A stretch of DNA of 64,000 bases from Penicillus capitatus (Eukaryota > Plantae > Chlorophyta), in assembly GCA_965649825.1 (NCBI GenBank), contig OZ287701.1:1105101-1169100 (forward strand), in the 5' to 3' direction. The first letter of the stretch is position 1; the number at the start of each line of letters is the position of its first letter. The position numbers and the translations under genes are program-made. The notes under the pieces are model-generated. The model did no database searches and had not been told where the DNA came from. It saw only the letters and a program-made list of their open reading frames with translations. Below are positions 1 to 12,193 of the stretch, in pieces.

Positions 1-486
1 TCTCGACAGCTGCTTCCAATTCCGCAAAGAATCTTGCGCGACTGAGACGGGTCGCTGTCGTTGATGCACATCCAGTTTTCCACTCCACGTCTGCACCGTC
101 GGCATCTCCACATCACTCTCTGCATTGCATTACCATCACCAGCCCAGAAGAAACCTTCAGACCTGACCTTGAGGCGAAAGATGCCGTCCCATCAACACCA
201 TTCTCGGAACATAGCCTTCCTCCTATCACACCATCAGCAGAACAGCATCACGTCACATCACCGTCTCTCACTTTCTCGCCATGGACACAGTGATGGAGAC
301 GTTCTCTTGGCAGTAACGCTCCTATGTCGTCTCCTTCGCGCTGTTCTCCGTAGACATCTGCCTAAAGACACTCGGCACGCCGTCGGCGGTTCTCATCGCA
401 CGTGTTGTCTTTGCTTGAGTGTTCCAAAAATGTGCTCCCGTTAGATGAGAGGTCTCCCCGACCTGAAACGTCACAATTTCGCGCAT
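1..486 (-). CDS. MSTO1: Misato/DML1 tubulin-like protein, 5' part (runs off the left edge; spliced)
   Basis: Exon 1 reads MREIVTFQVGETSHLTGAHFWNTQ, the Misato N-terminal tubulin-like signature. Later exons give GYVPRMVLM and TWSGKLDVH. Introns are ~50 nt; the first (362-414) is probably GC-AG. Not in the supplied ORF track. Confidence 0.85.
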
Positions 487-541
487 TGCATTACGCGCTT
501 GGAATATTCATCGGCGCGGCATTTCTGGCTCGTTTCTCTCC

Positions 542-1835
542 ATGGCACCGCCTCATCGACATCAAGCCGAAGCTTCGGCGACCGTTTTCGATGCCTTTCC
601 CGAAGAGGAGCTGCATCCCGGACCATTAACGCCAGCCAATGCCCCGCGTCAAACTCAGACTCAGATCGCGCTCAAAATGTTTGCGTCTGGAGGCATCGCT
701 GGCGCCTTCTCTAAGACCTTTACCGCTCCCTTTGCCAGACTGACAATTCTCTATCAAGTCAGAAACATGAGATGACCCGCGATGACCAAGTCGGCTGTCA
801 TGATAGACACAGGGATTCAAATCTCTCGGTCATACACCGAGAGTCGACGCGGCTCTGCTTCACGTTGTGCGTCATGAAGGTGTCCGAGCACTATGGAAAG
901 GAAATCTGGCCACCATCATACATCGGTGCGTCATACGCATGACCTTCACTCATGAGTAACAAGATATCGAAGCAGGATTCCGTACTCCTCTGCGAGTTTT
1001 TTGGCATACGAACAGACGCTGTCGTTTCTGAATGTCGTTCTGCCGAAGCAAGAGGGTGTGATTTCGGGCAAAGTCGATCTCCTTCGGAGATTTCTGGCCG
1101 GAGCAACGGCAGGGAGTATCTCGACAGTCGTGGCCTATCCCATTGACCTGGTTCGCACACGTCTAGCAGCGCAGACCTATCCAGATTACAAAGGTCATCG
1201 TCATCTGCTGCATCACACAAGAGTGATGATGTGACGGATGTGACGTGCAGGGATCTTTGATGTGTTGAGACGGACGTATATGGAGGAGCGTGCGACAGGT
1301 CTGTACAAAGGACTGGGAGGTTCCTTAGTACAGGTCGTACCAAACGTCGCTCTTAACCTTTGTGCTTACGAAACACTTCGTAGTTACTGGATGGCACATC
1401 ACGCCGATACCACATCTCCTGGTTTGGCCCACCCACCTCTGGTAACAGGACGTTCTGAAAAAAGAGTGAGATTTTAGGTTTGGTTGGGAGTGTGGTGTGT
1501 GGAGGAGCGTCAGGAATTCTTTCTTCCAGTCTGACCTATCCCGTTGATCTCATTCGCAGACGTATGCAGCTCCAAGGGTTGCATGGAGCTCCACGTACTT
1601 ACGTGTCTTACGCCGATGCCATCCAAAAAGCGTGGCAGTCTGGAGGGCTACGCGCTTTCTACACCGGCATTGCTGCCGAGTATCTCAAAGTACGTGTGCT
1701 AAAGTATGAGAGTGAAAGAGTGAGAAACGATGGATGATGATGTAGGTCGTCCCAGGAGTGGCGATCATCTACAGCGTGTATGAATTTTCGAAAAAGTCTT
1801 TGGGCGTCGAGGACTACAACGCCAAGGGGCGTTAG
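542..1835 (+). CDS. Mitochondrial carrier (SLC25) family protein, spliced
   Basis: Three carrier repeats with Px(D/E)xx(K/R)xR motifs (APFARLTIL, YPIDLVRTR, YPVDLIRRR) and EGVRALWKG / GLYKG / RAFYTG motifs, joined by GT-AG introns of ~50 nt; stop TAG at 1833-1835. Confidence 0.92.
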
Positions 1836-2031
1836 TCTCTTCATCGTGTGTCCTTACTGGCCACCACCAACGACAACGCCGAGTATGTTCGTTCCTTCCA
1901 TCTGCACTCGATGACGATCGTTCGAATGATTTTCGCGTGGACCGGCTCTTTTAAACGAAGCGAACGTACATACGTGTCAAATTCCGTGTCCACGATTTCC
2001 CTCTTCTCGTTTTTCATTCTCCTTCGGTTTT

Positions 2032-3870
2032 ATGGAATCGATGACGACGACAACGACGACCGCTACGACGACGGCGACGGAGGAGTTGAGTCATCATCAC
2101 GCCACAGCGGCTCGTCCAGACGGAGAGGGAGGCCCTTCCGCCAGCCGCTCCACGGGCCGGTCACTCGAGTTTACGATGCGACAGTATCCGTCTGCCAAGA
2201 TGAAACTCGACCAATTCTTCCTAGAATGGCTCTCCCTGCCGGAATACGAACGTCTTATCGGCACCGTCCTGGACAACGCTGCGAATAACCGCTCCCTGAG
2301 AGCAGGAGTCGAAGAAGCCATACGAGTGGACAACACGATGTCAAGCACGGCTTCATCCATGGGACAGCTGACACCTCCCATGTCACCCAAAAATCTCTCA
2401 TCATCCAAATCAACGGATGAACATACAATGTCATCCATACCATCCAAGATCAACAGCGAGACCGTATTGAGCGATGCATGCTCCAGTCCTGTCCCATCCA
2501 AACGCATCCTGATACCACAGTTCTATTTCCCAGAGGGAAGCCCGGCCGAACAGGAAATCCATTCAATGAAACGCGAACGGATTCGCGAACTCTTTTTGCC
2601 TTTTCATCCCATGGGAATGCAGCAAAGAGATTTCGTCCAAGTTGTCCAGGACGTCTGTGATCTGCCTGGCATGTTGGCCTATCCTCTATTCCGTCGATTG
2701 ACGGATGGGACGACGCTGTTGACGCAAGAAGTCTTTGAAAACTGGTGGGAGAATGAGAGATTGGCCACAGCATCCGCTGCTGCACGTATGATCGCTATTT
2801 TGAGAAGAGATTCCAGTGTACAGTGGTTGAGCAAAGAAGATTTGGTCCCTCTTCTCCGTGCGGTCGTTGACTATCATCCCAGTCTTGAATTCCTCTCAGA
2901 TCATCCAGAGTTTCAGGAGAGATATATCGAAACGGTCAGCTATCGAATTTTTTACGTCATCAATAAATCCAGAAATGGAAGAATCAGTCTAAGGGAACTC
3001 AAGCGCTCCGATCTCATCGACGCATTGTTTGAACTCGATGCAGAGCAAGATATCAACAAAGTGCTCAGATACTTCTCCTATGAGCACTTTTATGTCATCT
3101 ACTGCAAATTCTGGGAACTGGATAACGATCATGACTTCTTACTCGAACGTCATGATCTCATTCGTTATGGCTGTCATTGTCTGACGTACCAAATCGTCGA
3201 CAAGATCTTCGAAGTGATGGTGCGTTCGAAAGCGGGAGGGGAGGACGGCAAGATGGACTATCAAGAGTTTGTATGGTTCATTCTGTCGGAGGAGGATAAG
3301 ACCACAGACGCCAGCATCGATTACTGGTTCAGGTGCATCGATTTGGACGGAGATGGATATCTGAGTGCCCACGACATGCGTCCATTCTACGATGGGCAGC
3401 TAGAGAGAATGGAAAGTACATCCTGTGAACCTGTCATGTTTGAAGACGTCATCTGTCAACTCCATGATCTTATACAGCCGGACAGAGAGGGCTACTTCTC
3501 CATCAAAGTCATCGCTCTTATACATCGGTGCCCTCGACATCGATCTCATGTCTCTGTGCTGTGCAGGATTTGCAGAAGTACCGAGGCAGTGCATCTATTC
3601 TGTTCAATACGCTATTCAATCTGCATAAGTTCATTGCGTATGAGCATCGAGATCCATTTACTATCCGAGCCGAACAGGAATGCTCATTGGCAGACTGGGA
3701 TCGATTTGCGGCCCAGGAGTACGACATCTTGGCGGCAGAGGAAGAACAAGAAGAGTCGTTGCGTGATGGGACAAGTGCTCTCGCCAGTATCTCCTCCCTC
3801 TTCTGCAGATCTGTCCAGAAATCTAAGTTGTGGTGGATGTTACAGATGCACTCGGCGATGGCTTCTGATA
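2032..3870 (+). CDS. PPP2R3: PP2A regulatory subunit B'' (EF-hand, PR72/PR130 family)
   Basis: MKLDQFFLEWLSLPE, IPQFYFPEG, YFSYEHFYVIYCKFWELDNDHD, EF-hand YWFRCIDLDGDGYLS, DWDRFAAQEY. The start (2032/2176/2200) and last exon are uncertain. Confidence 0.93.
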
Positions 3871-4159
3871 AAGTGGAACAACAACTCAGTGTCGTGTCTA
3901 TTCATGTTTTTCATTCTTTCTGTTGCTGCTGCTGTGATGGTCGCGTTTGTTTGTTCGCTGCTGTCGGGGTTATGATGTACGGATGGTCCATGATGAGGAA
4001 GACTCATGCATGCACGCATGCACGCTCCCCTACGTCCATTTCATTGTTTATACGTACAGCTCGTGTCTCTAGCATACAGAGAGGTGAATTAAGCGACAAA
4101 GTCAAAGAGCAATCAATAAGCAAATATGTCTGTCTTTCCAAGTTGAATACCTGCTGCTG

Positions 4160-4260
4160 TCCGCGTGCGTTCGTTCGTTCGTTCGGATCCCGCATGCGTG
4201 CGTGCGTGCGTGCAGCACATGTGTGCGTTCGTTCGTCATTTGTGTGCGTTCGTTCGGTGT
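4160..4260. repeat. Imperfect (CGTT)n/(CGTG)n simple repeats in intergenic DNA
   Basis: gtgcgttcgttcgttcgttcgg, gcgtgcgtgcgtgcgtgc, gtgcgttcgttcg seen directly. Confidence 0.7.
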
Positions 4261-4581
4261 TCTTTTGGCGCAATCGGGGTTCTACGACAAACCTGTTGTA
4301 CGCATCGTCGTTGTCGTGTACGAGTCGAGTGCCCAACAGCCGTGAAAGGTACAACACGCGTTCGTCGTACACGGTTGGTTGGCTGTATTTATGCAAGAGC
4401 GCGAATCTGAAAGCGGTTTCGTTTTCCATGAATTGCTGCACATGTGTCGTGCTGTCTCCTTGTTTCTAGGTCAAATTGAGACGCTTTGGATATCGTCGTA
4501 CAACTTTGGCGCGCTTCGATTTTTCGAAGCCCTCTGAACGACGTGCCACTTCTGTTTGTTCGTTCGAAGGCGCGGCACGGA

Positions 4582-6429
4582 ATGGAACGACCGACACTCG
4601 AGGACAGCTCCACGGCGCCACAACGCCACGTACAGGAAGACTTACCAAGGAATGACGTGCCGTTTCCGTACGGCACTGACGACGCCACTTCGCAAAGCAC
4701 GCTGCCTTATGGATTACGACTCGCATCGTCTCCTGACGCGACGCCTTACCGACCACCGCCTGCTACATTCTCCAGCGCTCCTGTCTTGGTGACCCGAGGC
4801 TCTACGACAAAAGGGACGAAAGGGCCCCTCGTCTGTCACGTAAATCGCGCCGCCGTCCGAACGAAACGGTTGGTCAATAACCTTTGCGTCAGATTGAGGG
4901 ATGCCAACGCGACTTGACGTCAGAGAAGAAATACTATAAGAGATACCGCGTCTGTATGGAACATCTCAAAATGAGTGCGATCTGCGTCGATGGTGAACTC
5001 CAGCGATTCTGTCAACAATGTGGTCGATTTCATGATCTGTCCAAATTCGATGGAGAGAAACGGTAACATCTCTCGTGTCATCTCTATCGAACGCACCTGT
5101 GTGGTGGCCTGGACAGAAACTGTAGAGAACGGTTGAACCAACACAATCGACGTCGGAGAAAGCAGAAGAGAGAGCCAGGCCAGAGCGATGCATCGGAAGA
5201 TCTGGATAGCGAAGAACCATCTGGCAAAGCAGCCAAGGGTCGACGCAGCAAACGTCTTGTCCAGGCAAGCACGGTCGATCCCTTCTGGTCACTGATCCGA
5301 ATGCACTGTCAGAAGACAACGTCCCCTGCGATGTGGACAAATGCCCATCCTGGATACGATGATGGGACGCATGGGATGACATCTGAAGAGCAAAATGCGT
5401 TGGGGACGGTGGGGATGGAGATGATGCATGGTATTCCGGTGGGGGTCTCCACAGGACTGCATCCCTACGGCAGCAGTATGACGCTCTCGACACCGGACAG
5501 CCAGCCAACGACACAGGAGAGGGAGAGCCTGTACAACATGGTCGTCCATCATGTCATGCCAAATGCTTCAGCAGATACGACACCAGTGGATACCAAAATC
5601 CCGCTCCCAACGGAAACTGCTGTTTCGGCAGCGACCGCCGTATCCATTGGTAAGTGCTTTGTCTCGTGGCACGCGAGAGGAGATCTGATGGCAGGGGTGA
5701 CCGCGAGTGGAACGGAACAGAATTTAACAAAGCTCCTGCAAGTGTCGGAGCCGGTCAGTGTGACGGCGGCGCAGAATGAGGCGCTGCAGGCGATATCGAC
5801 AACGACTTCGGTTGTCGGCGTCCAAGGCGGCGTGGATATGTTGCAATCTGTCTGCGCAGCACCAGGTTGGCCGATGGATATTGTCTGCCCCTTTTCTGAG
5901 TCTGGCTGCTTTAGGGAACAGTATGCCAAAGGTACCGATGTTGGTGTTTCCCTCCGCCTCGGCGCCGCATCAGTTGAGTGCCGTCGCCATTATTCCTTCA
6001 GCAACGAGTTCCTGCTCCACGATTGTTCCGTTGCCTTGGCAAGGAGCCAATGTCCAGCCTGCGGTGCAGCCGACCGCTTCTCTGCCGCCTCCCGATCCGA
6101 CGCCGCCACCTTCGGCCGATCCTCCATCGTCGTCGACCGGCGGAGAGTCCAAGGACATTCCGCCTCTTGTCAGTTTAGCATTGAGTGCTTCAGGCATTGC
6201 ACAGGCCGCAGGGTCAAATGCCTATCATCCATCGATCAGTCCCAATCAACTAGCACATTTTCAAATGCTGATGGCGCGGCAAATTGCCACGAGTCAGGCC
6301 ACACCATTAGAGCCATCCGATATCGTTATCCCCGAAGCAACGGTCCAAGCAGTGAGGGCCCCTTACGATCATAAGGAGGAAAAGAAAGAGATCCAAGATG
6401 AGAAACGCCCTCCACCTTCTGCAGAATAG
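4582..6429 (+). CDS. SBP-box (SQUAMOSA promoter-binding) transcription factor, spliced
   Basis: C-(Q)IEGCQRDL..KKYYKRYRVCMEHLK..QRFCQQCGRFHDLSKFDGEKR | SCRERLNQHNRRRRK; low-complexity C-terminus. Confidence 0.92.
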
Positions 6430-6584
6430 AGTGCAGCTTTGAGTTGTTGATAGGAAAAAAAATCCTTCCAGTTTTCAGATATGCTGTTGAGATGTCGGAC
6501 AGAGGAGGAATATGGATCGTCGAAGGCATGTGTCTTTGTGTGTGTCGAACGTCAAACTTACATTTAAAGACCCAAGCTATCGTT

Positions 6585-7271
6585 TTAAGTCAGACTCTTT
6601 GTATCTTCCCCAGATGGATCCTGACAGAACGGCTCCTCTGGGTGCACTCGGCAAAAGGCCTCCTTCATCTGGGCGTACTGCCGATGGAGTGCTTCAATTT
6701 CGTGCGTCTGCTTTGCCATCTGAGACGCCAGAGATGCTTTCGTTTCTTGGAATGCCTTGTCTCGGTCGCTCTCGTCGACTGGCTCTGATTTACGTGCCGC
6801 AGAACGATGAGATGGTCCGTGCGGTATATGGAAGATGCGTTGGACGATGGACTGCGTTTTCTTCAAGGCGTTTTCTTTTAGCAGACATCCAGCTCCGTAG
6901 CCGTATCCAATTCCCACACCACATCCCAGTCCTGCACCGAAATGGGGAATCCCGACATGCTGTGCAGCTCGAGAACATCGATAGGCGATGGTGCCAATAA
7001 AAGGCAATTGCCCCAGTCCTGTCGAGATGCCACGCATCGCGTCACCCACAACGGGAACACCTCCTTATCCTCCACAACCCTCGTGCCGTTCCATGCGATC
7101 GACAAAACGAAACGCACCGAATTGAAGTGGCTTGCCAACACCGACGCCGATCCCGCAGCCGACGCCCAGACCTATCGAAGCACTGCATCGGGGCAAAAGG
7201 GATAGGTGATGGAGACCGAATCCCACGCGGCCGACATCGAAGCGCACGGGCCATGGATTGTCGTCATCCAT
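6585..7271 (-). CDS. Uncharacterised glycine-rich protein with C-terminal coiled coil, 2 exons
   Basis: Duplicated GLG(V)GCG(I/V)G(V/I)G motif (SIGLGVGCGIGVGVG; GAGLGCGVGIGYGYGAG) and helical tail QMAKQTHEIEALHRQYAQMKEAFC. Confidence 0.7.
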
Positions 7272-7309
7272 ACGATCGTCTTCGGCTCTGCGTTCGACAA
7301 AAGAACAGA

Positions 7310-7381
7310 TTCCGCTGCCGGGAATTGAACCCGGGTCTTCTGAGTGAAAGTCAGATATCCTAGCCACTGGACTACAGCGGA
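7310..7381 (-). tRNA. trnE-UUC: tRNA-Glu(UUC)
   Basis: Reverse complement TCCGCTG-TA-GTCCAGTGGCTAGGAT-A-TCTGA-CTTTCAC-TCAGA-AGAC-CCGGG-TTCAATT-CCCGG-CAGCGGA-A folds as a cloverleaf with anticodon TTC; a T-rich terminator follows. Confidence 0.95.
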
Positions 7382-7531
7382 GTTCGGACTTCGAACCGCA
7401 CCAAACCTACAACAGCACCATCGAGGCATGGATTGTCTAGTTAATCCCTCGTCGCCCGTTCGTCTGTCTTTATTGTCTCGGCGTCTTTTCCTCGTCGTTT
7501 TTCTTGCGTTTCATTTACTTGACAACGAAGG

Positions 7532-8313
7532 ATGGGTGTCTTAACTGTCTGTCTTTTTCTGTGCTGGGCAACGTTGTCCGTGGGGGACCGGATTCCGTGT
7601 ACACAGCCGGTCACTTACAATGTGGTTGCTGAGTGCGAATGGACCTCCGCCACGCATCCCACCGACTATCCCGCGAACGCGCATTTCAGCAAGATGTGCG
7701 GCACGGTCCATAACAGCGCCTATCGAATGTGGCAGTTAAACGGATTCGCCACGCCTGGGGTGAAAGAGATCGCCGAGACCGGCAGCTGTGCCATTTTCTC
7801 GAGCGAAGCCTCAAGCTGCGAGAAACAGAAAAATTGCCTTGCGAACAGTCAGTTTGCTTGGGCATGCACCTCTGGGGAGGAAAACAACCCAACCGTTTGC
7901 ACGTTCAGTGGCAGCGTCAAGGTGACCGACACATACCGTCATGTCTCGATGCTCTCTATGCTGGCCCCATCTCCCGACTGGATCATCGGCGTCGATTCGG
8001 CTGACCTCTGTCAAGCAGGTATTCCTCTACCGACCGTCCATCCACCTTATAACCGACTGTCTGGTATGCAGATGCGAAAACGGGTGTCGAGTACTGGAGA
8101 GAGTCGTATCCGGATAACGATGCTGAGGATCTCTATGCTATCGATGCTGGAACAGACGGCGGGACGACGTTTACCTCGGCCGATGCCCCGTTGTTGGACG
8201 AAGAGAAAAAATCCATCCAATTGTTTGACGCTCGGGACTTGAGCAATATCTTCTACAATCCGAAACTGAACGATGTGTTGCCGATCTGCAGCATCGAATT
8301 CATACGCCAGTAA
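7532..8313 (+). CDS. Secreted Spondin_N-domain protein, 2 exons
   Basis: Signal peptide, then HPTDYPANAHFS, FATPGVKEIAETG, SMLAPSPDWIIGVDSADLC | DLYAIDAGTDGGTTFTSAD; intron ~8018-8067. Confidence 0.88.
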
Positions 8314-8752
8314 GAAAGCGTGGAGAGGTTTTCTGCTGCGTGTCCTTCGGCCGGGGATCACCAGAAGCCTCTGTTGCTTGATGGGACTTAGTTTGACTGT
8401 TGTCTGTGACTAATCGTAACAACGGACGATGAGACAGACCATTGCTGCTGACGCGGCGTGGCTTCGGTGACGATTATCGTCGATTTAATAACGTCTGTTG
8501 TTTTCTTGCGTCGTCGCCACGCGCAAACGTCTCGTCTCTTTGTCGGCGTGACGATCCATCGATATGACGCTGTCGCCTTCGAAATCGTCGCCGTCATCTC
8601 GACCGCCGTCGCCAACGACACGACACACCGGCAACGACGTTGTTTCCAAACCGCAACGTCTCAGACAGTAAGTCCATACCTGATGTCATCCTCGCGACAA
8701 GACGATTTTTCACTTGATCCGTTGGGCTCGTCTGTATGACCCGCGGAGCGAC

Positions 8753-10227
8753 ATGTTCACGCGTCTTGTGGCGATAGGGTGGTTGAAAGGATGTCGAAGT
8801 TTCGGTTCCTTCCTCATACGGCGACCGAGCCGTCGCTCATTGATGGGTCCAAATTTATGACCCATTTGTCGCTTTGATTTTGAATCTCTTGCTCTCAGGG
8901 ACGATCTCGCAGTGGAATTGCCGAGTGTGTGCGCATTTGATGTCGTCCGAGAGGTCCCGCCTATCGATCTGTCGGCTGAGGGAGCCCAGATATCAGTTCT
9001 ATTCTAGGCAGAACAGCGTCTGCAGCGGAAGGCACTGGACAAAGAGTATTCTCTCTTGGATGGCGATCCTTCTTTTAACGAAGCCACCCGTCGATTTCTT
9101 ATCGGTGCTGATCCGCATTCCATCATTCCGAAGGTCTAGTCAGACAGACACACGTGTGATGCATCCGGGTGATATCTGAGGCGATGCTTTGCAGGATCGG
9201 GTGTCCACAGCGCAAACCTATGGCGGAATTGGAGCGCTTAGAATGTTGGCTGCCTTCATAGAGAAGTTCGTGCCCAATAGGACCGTCTTCCTTCCCGATC
9301 CATGCCCGGCACTCCACAAAGCTGTCTTGTCAGATGCGAGAGTTGCATGGCAGACGTACGCGTACTATGACACCGAGACACAGACACTCTGCTTCGAACG
9401 CATGCTGAATAACCTTATGGAAATGCCAAACGGCTCATTTGTCTTCATACATGGTTTTCTTATAACAGTGACGAGGCAGATGTCGATGGTGTGCCTTAGG
9501 TTGTGCCCACGATCCCACAGGAGTGGATTTCACCACGGAACAATGGAATCAGATTTCAGATGTCTGTGTCGAAAAGGAGCTGATGCCGCTCCTGGATTTG
9601 AGTCATCAAGGATTGGCAACGGGGTCTCTGGAACGCGATGCCGCTGCTGTGAAGGGCTTTGTCGAAAAGGGACTCGAAATCTGTGCGATTCAGTCCTATT
9701 CTAAAAACTTGGGCCTGCGTCAACATCGCATCGGCGCACTGCATTTCTTGCTCAGCAACAGCGGAGTCGTCGAGCGCGTACAGTCGCAGCTCAGATGGAT
9801 CGCTACTGGACTGTATGCGTTTCCTGCGATACATGGCGCACGTATTGTCACCGAAATTCTCAACGATCCCGCCCTGCTAGAGCAATGGAGTCTGGAGATC
9901 AGGCAACGCCACTCCGATATTGATCGTCGTCGTGAGGCCCTGACGAAACATTTGATCCACTATGCTCCCGAGAGAGACTGGACATACCTCTCGCAACAGA
10001 AAGGCTTGTACGTGTATACCTCCCTTACGCCTCTACAGGTGTGCTTCCTCAGTATGTGCCATATCCATCAAGGGAGACAAAACGATGTGTCCCAGATTGG
10101 AAAGCTGAGGCGTGATTATGGTTTATGCATTCAAGATGACAGCAGAATTTCTTTAGTCCATTGCACGACGTGCTCCACTGAGGCGATTGCAAAAGCGATG
10201 GTGGCTGTTCTCAGAGAGACCTCTTGA
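8753..10227 (+). CDS. Divergent aspartate aminotransferase-like (fold type I PLP) protein with putative transit peptide
   Basis: RDD..VVREAEQ, DKEY, QTYGGIGALR, HGCAHDPTGVD, DLSHQG, QSYSKNLGL, HGARIV, QKGLY, SRISL. Confidence 0.88.
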
Positions 10228-11554
10228 AAAGGGCATAGATCGCAGCAGAGGTGAATAGAGCGGTCGGAAACAATTGCAAGAGCAAAGATCGTTATTTACG
10301 GTGAACAAATCGAACAAATCGAACTCCATTATCACCAACCAATACGCAAGCGAGGAAGCATTGAGTTTATTGGAGATGGAGACAGAGTTACGCGGAGATT
10401 TATTTGACGCCGCTTGTTGCATCTCAATTGACTTTTTGTTTTTAAGTATCATTTTCGATATGCGCCCTCCCGCGCCAAGAATTCAGTTGCTAGTCGCATT
10501 CGAGAAATCGCAGGCCTATTGTTCTTACACATCCATCGATCTTGCCCATCATCCTGAAGCAAAACGATTAAAGAGATGTCTAAATGCAGGATGGTCCCAT
10601 CTCGACACAACATACTTCGCAGAATCTTGATCGCGCACAGGAATGGCTGAAATCGCCGCAACTGGACGACGAGCTCTGTCCGTTAAATGGGCCAAGAATA
10701 GAGATTAAAGTGCTCAGGGATGAACCCGCTGAAAACTTCGTGGCCGAGGAAGCTTCGATCATATGTCTTTGCCATTCCTACAAGCTACGTCTCTCTTTGC
10801 CCTCTAATCAAACCGACGAAGGATGTGAAAAAATTTGGCATGTCCACGCTATATGTGCATAAAGTGCCGTCTCAAACAAAGGATCATTGCTCAAGGACTA
10901 ACGTCGGAACCGTTCGGGAGCGACAGACGAGGATAGAAACATCAAATTCGACAATCCGAGGATAGAACAGACGGCGGATCGTGACAAACCATCGGGTCTC
11001 GTTCCTCTCTCGAGGTGGCGACGTACTTTGCAAATCTCCCCAATAAAAAACAATTCTGGCAGATACCGGCGAAGATTTTTGTTTCGCCTTTTCCCCTTGA
11101 GTCATTGTTGGCGTTGGGAGCTGAAAGCGAAGCGTCTCGTTTCTTTGTTCAGGCTCTGAAACCGTATGCAGCGACACTCAAGTTGTCGGCAAGATGGCGA
11201 TCTGCCGATGCGACTGTCTTGTTCCTAAGGGGTTCATGTCTCAAGGGGGTGCAGGTTGAATCATCCGAGGCGCTTTTCCCTGGTTCTGGCGCTAGGGTGA
11301 TTCACCTGCTTATAGAAGTCACCTCACTGAGCGGGTACTTAAGGGAGAAACCAGACGATTCGAGACCTTGCTCTGAAAACTGTAAACAAGTCTTCCGCTG
11401 TGTGAATCTTTCGTCCGGCCCGATCGCCGACACAAGTCGCTCGTGATTTCCTGTCTCTACCGTTTCGTCTTCGGACACGATCCCAGATTGAGTAAGTGTC
11501 AACGATGCAGTAGTCACGTCGCCTGCCGCAGCCATCGGAACGGTTGAGTCCATG

Positions 11555-11830
11555 TGTAACCACCCTGGCGCGCTGACCATCGGTCGCGACGAGTGTTTGC
11601 ATCCGACCGGCCTTTCTAACAATGGTCGGACGATGGTTGCTGAGAGTAGGCTGAAGTTCCCAGCCGTTAGACTTAAGGTTAATGAAGCCCCGATTATTCT
11701 GAGAATTTAATACGAATAGTCTCGTATCATTAATCTTGAGTTCCTGTTGCTACATCTGAGCGTTCGTTTGCGTCGTCGTCGCGTGCCGTTTTGACTCCGA
11801 GTTTCTGAAAAAGATTACATGATCCCAATA
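11555..11830 (+). repeat. LTR (subfamily related to the 41.4-kb element LTR), TG...TA ends
   Basis: Shares aacca(c/t)cc(t/a)ggcgcgctgaccatcggtcgcgacg and the ...ttacat(c)gat(t)cccaata terminus with the LTRs at 41420 and 46332. Confidence 0.75.
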
Positions 11831-12193
11831 GTTGGACACCGCTCTCTGCGTACTTTCAACTTGAATCACTCCTTGTGCAGCCCGCCGGCAGGGTGGACAT
11901 CAGTCTGTTCAAGGAGTTAAGTAAAATGACTTATCTGACGGAAGTGGACATCGGCAAAGTAGATCTGGCCTCCCCGAGTGTCGCCGTTTTTCCCCGACCA
12001 ACTCGAAGTCGCTTACAATTCTTTGATATTACCGTACAGAAGACGATCCGTTCAGCCACAAATGGTATCAGCCACAATGGTATACAGTATCTGAAAGGAC
12101 CGACCAAGCTAAACACAAGCAGACTGTTCCGTGTATCGTCCCTCTGTCGCCTCGCATACCTTGTGACGCTTCAAGCGATTGGAGGAAGTTAGG

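Noticed and set aside
61-444. 127-aa His-rich plus-strand ORF
   Set aside because: It is the antisense shadow of the Misato exons and introns.
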